64,000 nucleotides of DNA from Candidatus Dojkabacteria bacterium (GCA_016931155.1 JAFGFJ010000006.1:13115-77114), one strand, 5' to 3'; numbered from the stretch's first letter, positions 1 through 10,290 are shown. The notes: generated by a model not told the origin, from the sequence alone. Translations and numbers: made by a program.

Positions 1-540
1 CCCGACAAAAGAAATAATAGGAGCGTGTCCTGAGCTTCCTTGAAGACGCTTCATTTCATCAGAAGAGGAATTCTCTGCTGTAGAAACGCTATTCTCCATC
101 ATTGCAGTAGAAGCCGTATCAGAAGTATGTTGTGTCTGAGAATCCGTACTGCTCCTGGAACCCGCCGCTATATTCATATCTCTTAGTTTAATAATTGCAA
201 GATGCTCCAATATCCTCTCTTTGATCTCATTCAATCCATAATGATGCTTATCAAGCATCTGCTTTGCATTTTGAAGATCGAGATTATCAGTTGTATACTT
301 CTCCCATGGAATTTTTGTGATCCATTCTGCATATTTCTGTACAATCTCAAACTCCTGACTGTAACTCCCAAGCCTGGCTACACGCCTCACCCGATTTATC
401 ATCTGCTCTACCCTTTCCTTAAGTTCTTGTGGAAGTTTTACAGAAGAAACTAATTGTCCGAGTTTTTCTATTTCAGCTATACTATCGTGGTTCTCCGGAA
501 GACCTGTATTTGTTTGTAAGTTCTGCGGATTTGTCATTAT
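1..540 (-). CDS. lon: ATP-dependent Lon-like protease, 5' part; the gene continues past the window start
   Basis: Minus-strand translation from the ATG at 540-538 gives MTNPQNLQ...LDKHHYGLNEIKERILEHLAI...APIISFVG. This matches the Lon region just before the AAA+ Walker A (HYGL-x-VK-RILEYLAV ... GPILCLVGPPG). An in-frame TAA lies upstream of the ATG. The ORF track missed it because it is truncated at the window edge. It contains a low-complexity S/T-rich insertion. Confidence 0.65.
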   Translation of the reverse strand, partial: MMTNPQNLQTNTGLPENHDSIAEIEKLGQLVSSVKLPQELKERVEQMINRVRRVARLGSYSQEFEIVQKYAEWITKIPWEKYTTDNLDLQNAKQMLDKHHYGLNEIKERILEHLAIIKLRDMNIAAGSRSSTDSQTQHTSDTASTAMMENSVSTAENSSSDEMKRLQGSSGHAPIISFVG

Positions 541-723
541 CGATTAACAATACAGGATATAATACCCGAAACGTCTGGATAAAGAAATCAGAACTGCTCT
601 GAGATTCTAAGGACTTTGCCAGAAAAGTATTAGATCAGTAATATTGAGACTCTCCGCTCAGAGTCCACAAGCTTAAGATCGACCATACTAGTTGAACTGG
701 AATACTTCAGAAAGGGTAAATTT

Positions 724-1443
724 TTAGTCTTTCTTTTCCTGACCTTTTTCATCTTTTTTCTCTTCTCCAGTCTCACCCTCCTTTGATTCACCCTCCTTAC
801 CTTCAGCTCCTTCCTCCCCTTCAGATGCAGCATCATCTTCACCTTCAACCCCTTCTGCAGGTTTTTCTTCCTCCACTATTTCCTTCTGCGGAGGAGCAAT
901 GTATGCTATAGCGTTGTTTAGAGGAACACCGAAATCAAATTCCACCCCTTCTGGAAGACTGATATCTCTCACAAGAACCGAATCTCCAACCTCAGCAAGA
1001 TGCTCGACCTTTACTACAAATTCTGAGGGAAGAGTCATTGGAAGACTCCTTACAGCAACTTCTGTTACCGGTGTTACAAGGAACCCGATATTTATCTTTA
1101 CGGCTTGCGGAACACCATCGTAGCGAATCGGAACTTCAATATTTATCTTTCTATCCATATCAACCTGATAGAGACTTACATGCTGAAATCTATTTGTCAG
1201 AGAATCTAATTGGACTTCTTTGATCAATACCTTTCCCTCCTCTTTTTCGCCCTCATACTCAAAATTTACCATTTGGGAGTGTCCAGCCTCATTGAAAACC
1301 TTCTCAAACTCTTTGTAGTCAACAGTTACAGGCTCAGATTCTTTTTTGGGTCCATAAACTGTTGCGGGTATCGAACCTTCTTTTCGAAGATTTTTAACTT
1401 TTCTGCCAAGTATGTTTCGTTTTTTAGCCTTGATAGTCAACAT
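724..1443 (-). CDS. rplY: 50S ribosomal protein L25 / general stress protein Ctc, with an acidic low-complexity C-terminal tail
   Basis: N-terminus MLTIKAKKRNILGRKVKNLRKEGSIPATVYG is typical of L25/Ctc. The C-terminal ~60 aa is E/K/G-rich. Confidence 0.8.
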   Translation of the reverse strand: MLTIKAKKRNILGRKVKNLRKEGSIPATVYGPKKESEPVTVDYKEFEKVFNEAGHSQMVNFEYEGEKEEGKVLIKEVQLDSLTNRFQHVSLYQVDMDRKINIEVPIRYDGVPQAVKINIGFLVTPVTEVAVRSLPMTLPSEFVVKVEHLAEVGDSVLVRDISLPEGVEFDFGVPLNNAIAYIAPPQKEIVEEEKPAEGVEGEDDAASEGEEGAEGKEGESKEGETGEEKKDEKGQEKKD

Positions 1444-1446
1444 TTA

Positions 1447-1920
1447 TCAGTCTTCTTTTTTAATAATGATTCTTCGATCTTCTCCTTCTCCAATACTTTC
1501 AGTAGCAATTCCCTTTTCCTTTTGAAGGGTCATATGGACAATTCTTCTCTCATTTGGCTTCATCGGCTCAAGTTCAAGATCCTGACCAGACTCCCTAACT
1601 TGATCCACCGCCTGTAGTGCCATAGAAACCAGATATTCTTCTCTCTTCTCCCTATAATCATTTATATCTAAAATTACCCTGTACTGACCTTCACTTTCTC
1701 TCCCAATAATTAGTCCCAGAATAGTTTGAATTCCCTCGAGTATTTTACCATGATGCCCTATCAAATTTCCCAAATCTTCTCCAATGATTTTCACTGCAAG
1801 ATATTTTCTATCCTCGTCACCCTCCTGCATATGCACATCAATTTCCCCTCTAACTTCAAGTCTGTCCAGTATTTCCTTCGCCGTTTCTTTAGTTTTAGCA
1901 ATAGCCGACTTATCGTCCAT
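1447..1920 (-). CDS. jag: Jag/KhpB-like KH + R3H RNA-binding protein
   Basis: KH-like GxxG (IGHHGKILEGIQ) and an R3H-like C-terminal region. It sits immediately downstream of yidC, as in the conserved yidC-jag pair. Confidence 0.75.
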   Translation of the reverse strand: MDDKSAIAKTKETAKEILDRLEVRGEIDVHMQEGDEDRKYLAVKIIGEDLGNLIGHHGKILEGIQTILGLIIGRESEGQYRVILDINDYREKREEYLVSMALQAVDQVRESGQDLELEPMKPNERRIVHMTLQKEKGIATESIGEGEDRRIIIKKED

Positions 1921-1930
1921 TTTGATTTAA

Positions 1931-2827
1931 TTAAACAGTTGGAGAAAATTTACTTCTTAGCCAATTTACAACCCTTATCCTCTCCCTTATTAGCTGTTGG
2001 ATTATAACAAAGAAGCTCTGGATAGTCCAATACAAACTCAAACCCGAGATGAACCTCAGAGAAAATATTACTGTCATAATGGGCAGAATATACATCATCT
2101 GGCTTGTCGAAGACTGCATCATTTTAGAAAAATCAGGTGTTTCTTCATCTTTTTTCTTTTTCCCGGATTTTTTCTCTTCTCTTTCTTTCTTCTTTCCCTC
2201 TTCTCCAACAATTGAAAGACCACTCATCACTCTCGATGAAAGGAACTGGGATGCACCAACCGCAAGAGCAAGAAGGATATATGGCCATGCGCTGGAAATA
2301 TTTGTGAGACCAATATCACTAGCAGTTTTGGAGAGATCAATTCCCAAAAAGACTGGGTTTATAACCGCATCTTCCGCAAACACAGAAATAAAAGGATATG
2401 CTACATCGTTAAACGCTGTGACGCCCTTTTCAAAAAGATTTCTAATTACGCTGTTTATCTGGAAAAGGAAAATAATCTGAAAAATGAGAGGAAGGCACCC
2501 ACCCAGTTGACCGGGAAGGTACTTGGATTGAATCTTTGCCAACTCCTGCATCTGCTTTTCTTTGTTTTTGGCATATTTCTTTTGAATTTTTTCATATTCT
2601 GTTCTGAACTCTTTGTTTTTCTCCGCATTTTTCAGCTGATTTGCAGTGAACGGAAGCATTATCAGCCTTGAGACAAGAGCAACAGCTATAATCCCAAGAC
2701 CAAGGTTTTCGCCAAAGAAGCGGTACGCAACTATTAGAAAGTTAAAAATTGGTTGGTAAAATAGAACGCTAATTATATTCAATGCAAAAAATGGAAAATT
2801 AAGTGGGCTCAGGGATTTTACCAGCAT
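1931..2827 (-). CDS. yidC: membrane protein insertase YidC/Oxa1 family
   Basis: Multi-TM protein with the conserved C-terminal YidC region (...GLSLYWTIQSFFVIIQQLIRERI), followed by jag. Confidence 0.85.
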   Translation of the reverse strand: MLVKSLSPLNFPFFALNIISVLFYQPIFNFLIVAYRFFGENLGLGIIAVALVSRLIMLPFTANQLKNAEKNKEFRTEYEKIQKKYAKNKEKQMQELAKIQSKYLPGQLGGCLPLIFQIIFLFQINSVIRNLFEKGVTAFNDVAYPFISVFAEDAVINPVFLGIDLSKTASDIGLTNISSAWPYILLALAVGASQFLSSRVMSGLSIVGEEGKKKEREEKKSGKKKKDEETPDFSKMMQSSTSQMMYILPIMTVIFSLRFISGLSLYWTIQSFFVIIQQLIRERIRVVNWLRSKFSPTV

Positions 2828-2875
2828 TAGGCACCAAAAACAAATTTCGCTACCTCCAAAACGTCATTTCAAAAG

Positions 2876-3238
2876 CTAGGTCTGTCTTCCTTCTTCGAGA
2901 AGTCTTGATTCAAGCTCGTCAGTATTTCGATAAATCATTGCAAGAGCTTTCTGAATTTCTTTCACATAGACCTCCAGATTGTCTGTGCTCTTTTTGACAA
3001 GATCAAGTTTGAAAGAAAGCTCATTCAACTTTGTTTCCATGCCCCTGATTTTTCCCTCCATAGTTTTTACCTGTGTTCCAATATCCCCACTGGAACTTAT
3101 TCTAAGCTCCTGAGTTATTATTGCTACTTTATCAGACAATCTTTTCAGCTCATCATACGTTTTATTTACTTTGTCTTCCATTTTCTTAATTCCTACGCAA
3201 AATAGCAAATTAGTACATAGAATACTAGCATACCTCAC
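2876..3238 (-). CDS. hypothetical coiled-coil protein
   Basis: 120-aa ORF with heptad-like K/E/L-rich sequence and no recognisable family. Confidence 0.4.
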   Translation of the reverse strand: MRYASILCTNLLFCVGIKKMEDKVNKTYDELKRLSDKVAIITQELRISSSGDIGTQVKTMEGKIRGMETKLNELSFKLDLVKKSTDNLEVYVKEIQKALAMIYRNTDELESRLLEEGRQT

Positions 3239-3668
3239 CCAAACATAATAATAGTAATTAGCACGAGTATGGATAATGTTACGTGAAACAATGACTTACT
3301 GCCGTTTATAGAACACAGTTTCATACTCTTATTGATAAGTACCCAATACACATATACTTTACTATACTTACCTATGCAGATACGACGAAAGAAAGAATAC
3401 TCTACCTTTGCCATCTCTTTTTCCACCCACCAGACTTTCAGAAAAACACTGGTTTAAAGTCCAGGCAGAATAGATCCATCTTCAAATAACAGATGGAGAA
3501 AATGTCAATAAATCAGGCAAAAAAACATTTTCTTACAAAATCGGAAAGTAACACTTCACTGAGACCCTTCGGGCAGATCCGTGGGTTTGTAATCGGTTAC
3601 ACTCTAAGGGAATATGCTATTAAAAACTATGCTATTATGGTGGAAATAATAATTTTTATGTTATAACC

Positions 3669-3977
3669 ATGACTTTCAAAGATATAGTCAGAAAATCAAT
3701 CCTTTTCGGTCTTGGAGCTTACCAAATAACCAAAGAAGAAGTGGAAGATTTCGTAAAGGATTTACAAAAAGATGAAACCATAACCCCTCAAGAGGGGAAG
3801 AAAATGATTCAGGAAATCGTAAAGGCTGCAGAAAAAAAGATGAAAAGGCCAAACGAAGAACTCAAAAAGAGTATGGAAAGAATCGTCAAGTCTGTGATAA
3901 ATGAATTAGGAGTAGCAACGAAAAAGGATATCGCAGCACTCAAAACAGAGATGAAGAAGCCCAGAAAGGTGAGATAA
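3669..3977 (+). CDS. hypothetical protein (phasin-like helical protein)
   Basis: 102-aa lysine/glutamate-rich helical ORF with weak resemblance to phasin/granule-associated proteins. Confidence 0.4.
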   Translation: MTFKDIVRKSILFGLGAYQITKEEVEDFVKDLQKDETITPQEGKKMIQEIVKAAEKKMKRPNEELKKSMERIVKSVINELGVATKKDIAALKTEMKKPRKVR

Positions 3978-4161
3978 AGGTTGCTATTTGCGAAAAAAAT
4001 GTTATAATCTCCCCGTGCTAGATCAGAGTGTCCAATTTAGTCTTAGTAATTGATAAGAGACGCAAAAATTTTCGGGTACTTTGGTCGGATAAGTTATGTT
4101 ATTCCTCTAGTGTAAATCCTCTAGTGTAGCAAATCCATATTTTAGTTAGTTTTAAGTTAAA

Positions 4162-4422
4162 ATGAATAATAAGTTATTTGTTGGTGGAATTGCATGGGCA
4201 ACCACAGAAGAAGGCCTTAAGGAGCTTTTCGGCCAGGTCGGTAATGTAGTTGAAGTTAAAATTATAGTTGACAGAATGACCGGTAAATCGAGAGGTTTCG
4301 GTTTTGTCACTATGGAAACCGAAGAGGAAGCTGAAAAAGCTATTAAAGAGTTTAATGGCAAGGATCTTGACGGTAGAGCTCTCGTTGTAAACGCAGCAAA
4401 GCCACAGGAGAATAGACAATAA
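4162..4422 (+). CDS. RRM-type RNA-binding protein
   Basis: RNP2-like LFVGGI and RNP1-like RGFGFVTM motifs; the 86-aa size is typical for bacterial RRM proteins. Confidence 0.9.
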   Translation: MNNKLFVGGIAWATTEEGLKELFGQVGNVVEVKIIVDRMTGKSRGFGFVTMETEEEAEKAIKEFNGKDLDGRALVVNAAKPQENRQ

Positions 4423-4438
4423 AGTCTCTTTAGAAAAA

Positions 4439-4462
4439 GGGGCTCCTCGGAGTCCCTTTTTT
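4439..4462 (+). terminator. Rho-independent terminator after the RRM gene
   Basis: GC-rich hairpin GGGGCTCC-TC-GGAGTCCC followed by TTTTTT, directly after the stop codon. Confidence 0.6.
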
Positions 4463-4626
4463 GTCGGGAAAATTACGAAGTTATTGTTGATGTCTTTTGA
4501 AATGTCCTCCGGGATTGATTATGGCTCATTCTTACTCCAGTTAAGATCAAAAAACTGCTTGAACTGACCGGATTGTTATTTTTGGACTGTTTATTTGGAA
4601 CTCATTTATCCTTTCCTTCTTTCCTT

Positions 4627-5415
4627 TCACTTCTCTCCCAAACTCTCCCTTTTTTCTCTTTCCTTCTGTTTCTTCTCTTTTTTTCCTTCTCCTCCAAGCT
4701 GACCGTACATTTTTTCAAATCTTCTTGTTTTGCGGGCAAGAAAACTTACTCCAAGAGCCGTAACAGCCGCTATTCCCGCAAGGCCAAGGAGATGTACTGC
4801 AAACTTACTCACTGGCAATGATATCCTTCTATCCGAAACCCTTATCTTAACAGGCAGAATTTTATATCTTCCCCCAATTCTAATCACTCTTTTAACAAAA
4901 TCCGCATCTTCTCCAACACTTATTGACTCAGAAAATCCACCTGCCATTTCAAAAACTCTTTTCCAGACGATCATACAGGCACCACACTCTGCAAGAACAT
5001 TTTTAGTGTAATAACCAAATTTTTTGAGCAAGTGCCAGCCCTTGAAATATAGAAAATTACGTAACTTCTTCCTCTCTGCCTCTATCTTACAGGTTGCAAT
5101 ATGGTATTTGCCTCTAACAAACATTGGGATTGCCCTTTCAAAAAAGTCGTTCGGGAGAACAACATCCGCATCGAGAAAAACAAGAATATCTGTTTTCGCA
5201 TGCCTTGCACCGAGGTTTCTTCCCCTGCCAATTCGTCCATCATCAACACCCCTTACAACTTTTGCCCCAAGTCTTTTTGCTACAACACCTGTACCATCCG
5301 TAGACTTATCGGCAACAATGATCTGATTCGGTTCAGTTGTTTGAGCTTTTAGGTTTAAAAGAAGCCTTTTGATATTCTGCTGCTCATTTTTTGTTGGAAT
5401 TACAACTGAAAACAT
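4627..5415 (-). CDS. family 2 glycosyltransferase (Dpm1/GtrB-like) with a C-terminal TM helix
   Basis: MFSVVIPTKNEQQNI...IIVADKSTDGT...DADV: GT-A fold motifs including the DxD-like DAD. Confidence 0.8.
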   Translation of the reverse strand: MFSVVIPTKNEQQNIKRLLLNLKAQTTEPNQIIVADKSTDGTGVVAKRLGAKVVRGVDDGRIGRGRNLGARHAKTDILVFLDADVVLPNDFFERAIPMFVRGKYHIATCKIEAERKKLRNFLYFKGWHLLKKFGYYTKNVLAECGACMIVWKRVFEMAGGFSESISVGEDADFVKRVIRIGGRYKILPVKIRVSDRRISLPVSKFAVHLLGLAGIAAVTALGVSFLARKTRRFEKMYGQLGGEGKKEKKQKEREKRESLGEK

Positions 5416-5423
5416 GAGATAAA

Positions 5424-6158
5424 TTATTTTCCTCCTCCAGTCTCACCATACATTTTTTCAAACTTGTGCATGTTTTTTCTGAGCATATTTATTCCCACAA
5501 CGCTTACCGCAAACATACCAGCTAAACCGATAAGCTGTACAGCCAGTTTTCTCATGGGTCTTCTAAACCTCCTGTCCGAAGTAATCACAGTCAAGGGAAG
5601 AACTTTGAACCTGCCACCTGCTTTCACTGCCCTCCTTATAAAATCGGAATCCTCCCCGACACTTATCTTCTCGGAAAATCCGCATATTTTTGTGAACAGA
5701 TCTTTTTTGACCAAAAGACATATCCCGGACTCCGCCAGCACCTTTTTTGTAACTGAACCAAATCTTTTTAACGCATTCCAACTATTGAAATATAGATAGT
5801 TTACAATTCTTTTTCTGTCGGCTCTCAAGTAACAGGTAGCAATGTCCAGCTTTTTTTGATGGAAAATTCTAAGGGCATCGGCAAAAAAACCTTCCGGGAT
5901 GAAAACATCTGCATCTATGAAAAAAAATAGGTCTGTTTTCGCATATCTTGCACCATTGTTCCTGCCCTTTCCAATAAAACCATCATCCGCTCCCTCAACA
6001 ACTTTAGCTCCATACTCTTTTGCAATTTCAGCTGTCCTGTCTGTGGATTTATCAGCAACTATTATCTCATCAGGCTGAACACCTTGAGATATTATACTTT
6101 TGAGGAGCCTCTCAATAAGCTCCTCTTCGTTTTTTGTCGGGACAATTACGGAAAACAT
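5424..6158 (-). CDS. family 2 glycosyltransferase; tandem paralog of 4627..5415
   Basis: MFSVIVPTKNEEELI...IIVADKSTDRT...IDADV. It is collinear with and about 55-60% identical by eye to the adjacent GT2. Confidence 0.8.
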   Translation of the reverse strand: MFSVIVPTKNEEELIERLLKSIISQGVQPDEIIVADKSTDRTAEIAKEYGAKVVEGADDGFIGKGRNNGARYAKTDLFFFIDADVFIPEGFFADALRIFHQKKLDIATCYLRADRKRIVNYLYFNSWNALKRFGSVTKKVLAESGICLLVKKDLFTKICGFSEKISVGEDSDFIRRAVKAGGRFKVLPLTVITSDRRFRRPMRKLAVQLIGLAGMFAVSVVGINMLRKNMHKFEKMYGETGGGK

Positions 6159-6483
6159 TAGCTCCCATTATTACACATTTCGATAGGGATGTTTACACAC
6201 CGATATCTATCACATCAAATGCGACAAACCGCAACCTCGTCAGGTTATCTAATCCTGACAGTAATAATTGACAAAATAGAACGAAAGATAAAAGAAGAAA
6301 AAAAGAAAGGAAAAGGTAAAGACTGCTGAAGTAGAATTACCTCCGTAGTACAATTGAGCTCTTCAAAAGCAGTTTTAGGGAGGCTGCCAAAGAGGAGCTC
6401 AATATTTTTAGCTGACATCTATTATATGGCTTTTTTTGCGGAAGGGTTATAGTATATTGTAATTACTTTTTATCTCACTTCTC

Positions 6484-6870
6484 ATGACAGGTTTTTCCGT
6501 AGACATTGAGCAGAAAACAAAGGATAATAATTTCTTCCGCCAAGTCCTGTATACAGCACAAAATATGCAGCTTGTCATTATGTCCCTGCTCCCAAATGAA
6601 GAGATTGGTATGGAAGTACACGACGACACAGATCAGTTTTTTAGAGTTGAATCAGGTACAGGAAAGATAGTAATAGATGGGGAAGAAATCGAACTCAAGG
6701 ACGGAGACGTAGCAATTGTTCCTGTTGGAGCTGAGCATAATTTGATAAATACATCTTCCTCAGAATCATTAAAGCTTTATACAATATATACCCCTCCACA
6801 TCACCCCGAGAAAACAGCCCACAAAACAAAGGCTGAAGCAATGCTTGCAGAAGAAGACGAAAAAAAATAA
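6484..6870 (+). CDS. cupin domain protein
   Basis: Cupin motifs: G(X)5HxH-like ...EIGMEVHDDTDQFFRVESGTG... and ...VPVGAEHNLIN. Confidence 0.7.
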   Translation: MTGFSVDIEQKTKDNNFFRQVLYTAQNMQLVIMSLLPNEEIGMEVHDDTDQFFRVESGTGKIVIDGEEIELKDGDVAIVPVGAEHNLINTSSSESLKLYTIYTPPHHPEKTAHKTKAEAMLAEEDEKK

Positions 6871-7068
6871 TAACCAATCAAAAAGGTTTTTGGTAGAGTC
6901 AGAGATTAACCGGAAGGGTCTTATCTTTAGTCTTCTCTGTGCAACAGCAAAACCTTGTTCCATAGAAGCATACGCTGTAAGTACTAAAGATGAATTACAG
7001 CAGAGATCATACTTTTCCGGTTAAAAACTTACATATGAAATGGGCAGTTTAAAAATACACCCAAAGTA

Positions 7069-7503
7069 TTAATAATCTGCAGGATACCACGAAATATCTT
7101 CCTCTGTAGTGACTAAACCAGATTTATTGCGAACTTCAGGGTCAATCCTAATATTTTCTACAAACTTAAAGGCTGAGCTACCTGGTTTTACTGCAAATAC
7201 TACGCGTGTTAGCAGTTCTGATTTTGCAATATCTCCCAATATATTAAAGAAAATTTCATTTTCTTCTGGCGTCCCATTTATTTCAAGTTCAAGTAAATTA
7301 AAAACAATTTGGGCTTTTTTACCTTTACTTTCAAAATCACGCAAAAGTACTACTAAGTTTACTCCTACTGGATCATCCCAGCTATTTGTTTCCCTGAATC
7401 CCACCAGAATGTTCCCGTTTTCTTGCTTCATATAATTACGCGAATCAGGGTTTCTATACCCCAGATAGTCTTCATTTGATTTTAAGCCACCCATAATAAA
7501 CAT
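7069..7503 (-). CDS. hypothetical protein
   Basis: 144-aa ORF with no recognised family. Confidence 0.4.
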   Translation of the reverse strand: MFIMGGLKSNEDYLGYRNPDSRNYMKQENGNILVGFRETNSWDDPVGVNLVVLLRDFESKGKKAQIVFNLLELEINGTPEENEIFFNILGDIAKSELLTRVVFAVKPGSSAFKFVENIRIDPEVRNKSGLVTTEEDISWYPADY

Positions 7504-7718
7504 TAATTAAAAAGTAAAATAGTGGGGCGTATAGTTAGTCACTATATCAATTGTTGAAAAAAATAAAAAGGAATTTGATTCAAAAACTTGAAAGCAAAAA
7601 TTGATTGTACAAAATTTTAAGAGAGAAAATCCCGAAGAGATTTCTGAAATATTTGCAAAGTTTCTCTTTTTGTATAAATATTAGTTACATATTCTAATAG
7701 TACTATTACAAGAGACAG

Positions 7719-8207
7719 ATGGGTATTTTGACTCACGAGAGAATTACTTCCTGCAATTTATCTATCAAGGATCTGTTAGCTTTGGTTTTTCCTGCATGCT
7801 CGAGTTCTGAAGTCAAGATTCAAAGACTGGACGAGAAAAGCATTATAGTCGCAGAGTATTTGAATGGTCAGGAGAGAGATATTAAAGCAAACATAAAACT
7901 GGCTGTTTTCTCTGAAATATCGGATTTCGACCCTGAAATCTTTAGTAGGATCATACTATTAGGCAGTCTCGAGACTTCACCAGACTTTTTGATCGGCTAC
8001 CTCAGTCTGGAGGATCAAACGACACGAGTTTTTATCTCTCAAACTGCAGCAGAGCTCACCCCCGAAGGAGAGGTGCTCTCGCTAACCCACAAACTCAGTA
8101 GTTGTCAAAAACTCAGATACGTTTCGTCGAATGAGGGACACAGCCACTTAAGGGAAAGATCTGAGAAACTTGCAAGTAAATTATTACACAAACTGAGTCC
8201 GGCCTGA
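7719..8207 (+). CDS. hypothetical protein
   Basis: 162-aa ORF with no recognised family. Confidence 0.35.
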   Translation: MGILTHERITSCNLSIKDLLALVFPACSSSEVKIQRLDEKSIIVAEYLNGQERDIKANIKLAVFSEISDFDPEIFSRIILLGSLETSPDFLIGYLSLEDQTTRVFISQTAAELTPEGEVLSLTHKLSSCQKLRYVSSNEGHSHLRERSEKLASKLLHKLSPA

Positions 8208-8584
8208 ATAGCCTTTTCTTCAATCTGATTATCGGATAATTTATTAATACGCAAATACATATCTTCAGATAAATTAACTAAGTTTTAAACCAAAAATCCA
8301 GGCTTCTGTCCTGAACCATCTCAATATTTTAGTTCCTTTTTATCGAAGAAAAATCCAGTCTCAGCCTCATTGCCAAAGTATAACTAGATATACTAATTAA
8401 GTGTCTTGTTCTGTATATTCAAAATTATGAGAGGAAATGGTGGAGCAAGCTGGAAGAAGTTATGAACTACTTCAAAACACAGTCATTCTCCTTGCCTATT
8501 ATGGCATATAAGAATCTCTGACTGTCCGTTGAACACTCAAGAATGGAAACACAAATGCGTGAATACTTGGTATAATGTATACAG

Positions 8585-8851
8585 ATGAATAACCAACAAA
8601 AACTACAAAACATTATTAAAGAAAAACCCTATTTAGCCTGGGACACAAGACAATTCGACAAATTATCAACAGAAAGCATTGTAGAGAAAATCTTAAATTA
8701 CGGTCACTGGGAGGAGTATATGAAAGTGGAAGAAATAATAGGACTAAAAGAGGTCAGCCGCATATTTGATAAAATGAAAAATAGAAAAAGAGTAAATTTA
8801 AGGCCGCAAGTCGTAAACTATTTCAGTAAATACTTCAAAAAATATGCATGA
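8585..8851 (+). CDS. hypothetical small protein, putative cognate antitoxin of the downstream nucleotidyltransferase
   Basis: 88-aa ORF overlapping the downstream gene start by 8 nt; this operonic coupling is typical of TA pairs. Confidence 0.4.
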   Translation: MNNQQKLQNIIKEKPYLAWDTRQFDKLSTESIVEKILNYGHWEEYMKVEEIIGLKEVSRIFDKMKNRKRVNLRPQVVNYFSKYFKKYA

Positions 8852-9455
8852 GGAAATTCTCTCGGATGAACAAATAAAGATATTACCTACCCTGAAAGGT
8901 TTTTCCGGAAAGTTTGGACTTGTAGGTGGCACTGCTATAGCACTTTACCTGGGACACAGAAGATCTATAGATTTTGATCTTTTCTCTCAGGAAGAATTTA
9001 ATAACGATAATATTAAAAATACACTCAGAGAAGGATTTAATAATTTAAGTGTACTGGTAGATTATAAGGGGGAACTTACACTGGTAATAAATGGAGTTAA
9101 GGTGACATTTTACAAATTCCCTTTCAAAATAGCTTTCACAAAAGATATAAGTGGAATAATTAAGACACCTGACCTATTGACACTTGCTGCAATGAAATCA
9201 CTTGCTTTAGGGGGAAGAGGCAAATGGAAGGACTATATTGATCTCTACTTTATTTTCCAAAAATATTCTCTGTCTGAAGTAATTGAAAAGGCAAAAGACT
9301 TATTTTCAGAACAATTCAATTCTAAATTGATCAGAGAACAGCTTGCTTATTTCAAAGATATCGATTATTCGGAAAAGATTGACTACTTGCCAGGATTTCA
9401 AGTGGATGATCAATTAGTTAAAGATAAACTTACAGAAATAAGTCTGGAGAAATAA
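8844..9455 (+). CDS. nucleotidyltransferase AbiEii/AbiGii (DUF1814) toxin-family protein
   Basis: N-terminal FGLVGGTAIALYLGHRRSIDFDLFS matches the GG[ST]A...HR.S.D.D nucleotidyltransferase signature of AbiEii-type toxins. Confidence 0.6.
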   Translation: MHEEILSDEQIKILPTLKGFSGKFGLVGGTAIALYLGHRRSIDFDLFSQEEFNNDNIKNTLREGFNNLSVLVDYKGELTLVINGVKVTFYKFPFKIAFTKDISGIIKTPDLLTLAAMKSLALGGRGKWKDYIDLYFIFQKYSLSEVIEKAKDLFSEQFNSKLIREQLAYFKDIDYSEKIDYLPGFQVDDQLVKDKLTEISLEK

Positions 9456-9619
9456 GTTTTCTAAACTCTAAGAAATCGTTACAACTGCCTGTTTTTCCGG
9501 ATCCACTAATAATATAGATCATAAGTTTGTTATATTTTCTTTATCAAGGAATTTCAATAAAAATGGTCCTAGCAAAATGGATATTAGATGACTTTAAGAA
9601 ATTAATATCTTGTTTTTTC

Positions 9620-10243
9620 CTAAACTGATTCAAAGCCCTGCAAATGGTTATGTGTATCAAACTCTATTACCTTAAGTTTATCTCCGTATTCCAACATCGT
9701 ATACCCCCCTTCTGCTATTGTTGAATCCATAATTTCCTCACCAGAGGGTCTATAACTTTCATCAATTCGATAAATTAAATTTCCAATAAGTCCACCATGT
9801 GTAGAAATTAAAATATTTTCCAGGCTTTCTTTTTTCAATTCTTCAAAAAAGCATATACATCATCGAGAATTTGTTTAAGCGATTTATTGGTCTCTGGAGA
9901 GACAAACATTGGGTCAATTAACATCTTTCTTTGCAAATCTTTTCTGTATTCTTTAGGCTTAGAATAATCAATATATGCATATATTTCTGCCAGAGCATTC
10001 ACCGTTTTGATTTCTCCTAGATTTAATTACTTCTAACTATTTCAGCACTATGAATTGCACGGGGAAAAGGACTCGAAAAATGAAAGGTAAATTACAAAGC
10101 TCAGGAAATCTTTTATTCAGGATCTCAGCCAGTTTCTGAATTTGGATTATTCCAAACTTTGAAAGAGTTACTCCCCTCTTCACACTAAAGTCGGTGGACT
10201 CAACTTCCTGTTTTTCACCATGACGAAAAAGAAATATTTTCAT
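9620..10243 (-). pseudogene. histidine phosphatase (phosphoglycerate mutase family) gene disrupted by frameshifts
   Basis: The N-terminal MKIFLFRHGE (RHG catalytic motif) is at 10243..10037 and ends in a premature stop. The middle segment (~10030-9842) translates in a different frame as ...EIYAYIDYSKPKEYRKDLQRKMLIDPMFVSPETNKSLKQILDDVYAF. The C-terminal ...ILISTHGGLIGNLI is at 9838..9620 in a third frame. Confidence 0.6.
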
Positions 10244-10290
10244 AAAAACTTGTTAAAGACTTTTTATTATACTGAAAACGACTAAAGAGG

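Noticed and set aside
202-453. 83-aa plus-strand ORF
   Set aside because: It is antisense to the Lon-like protease coding sequence, whose minus-strand frame carries conserved Lon motifs.
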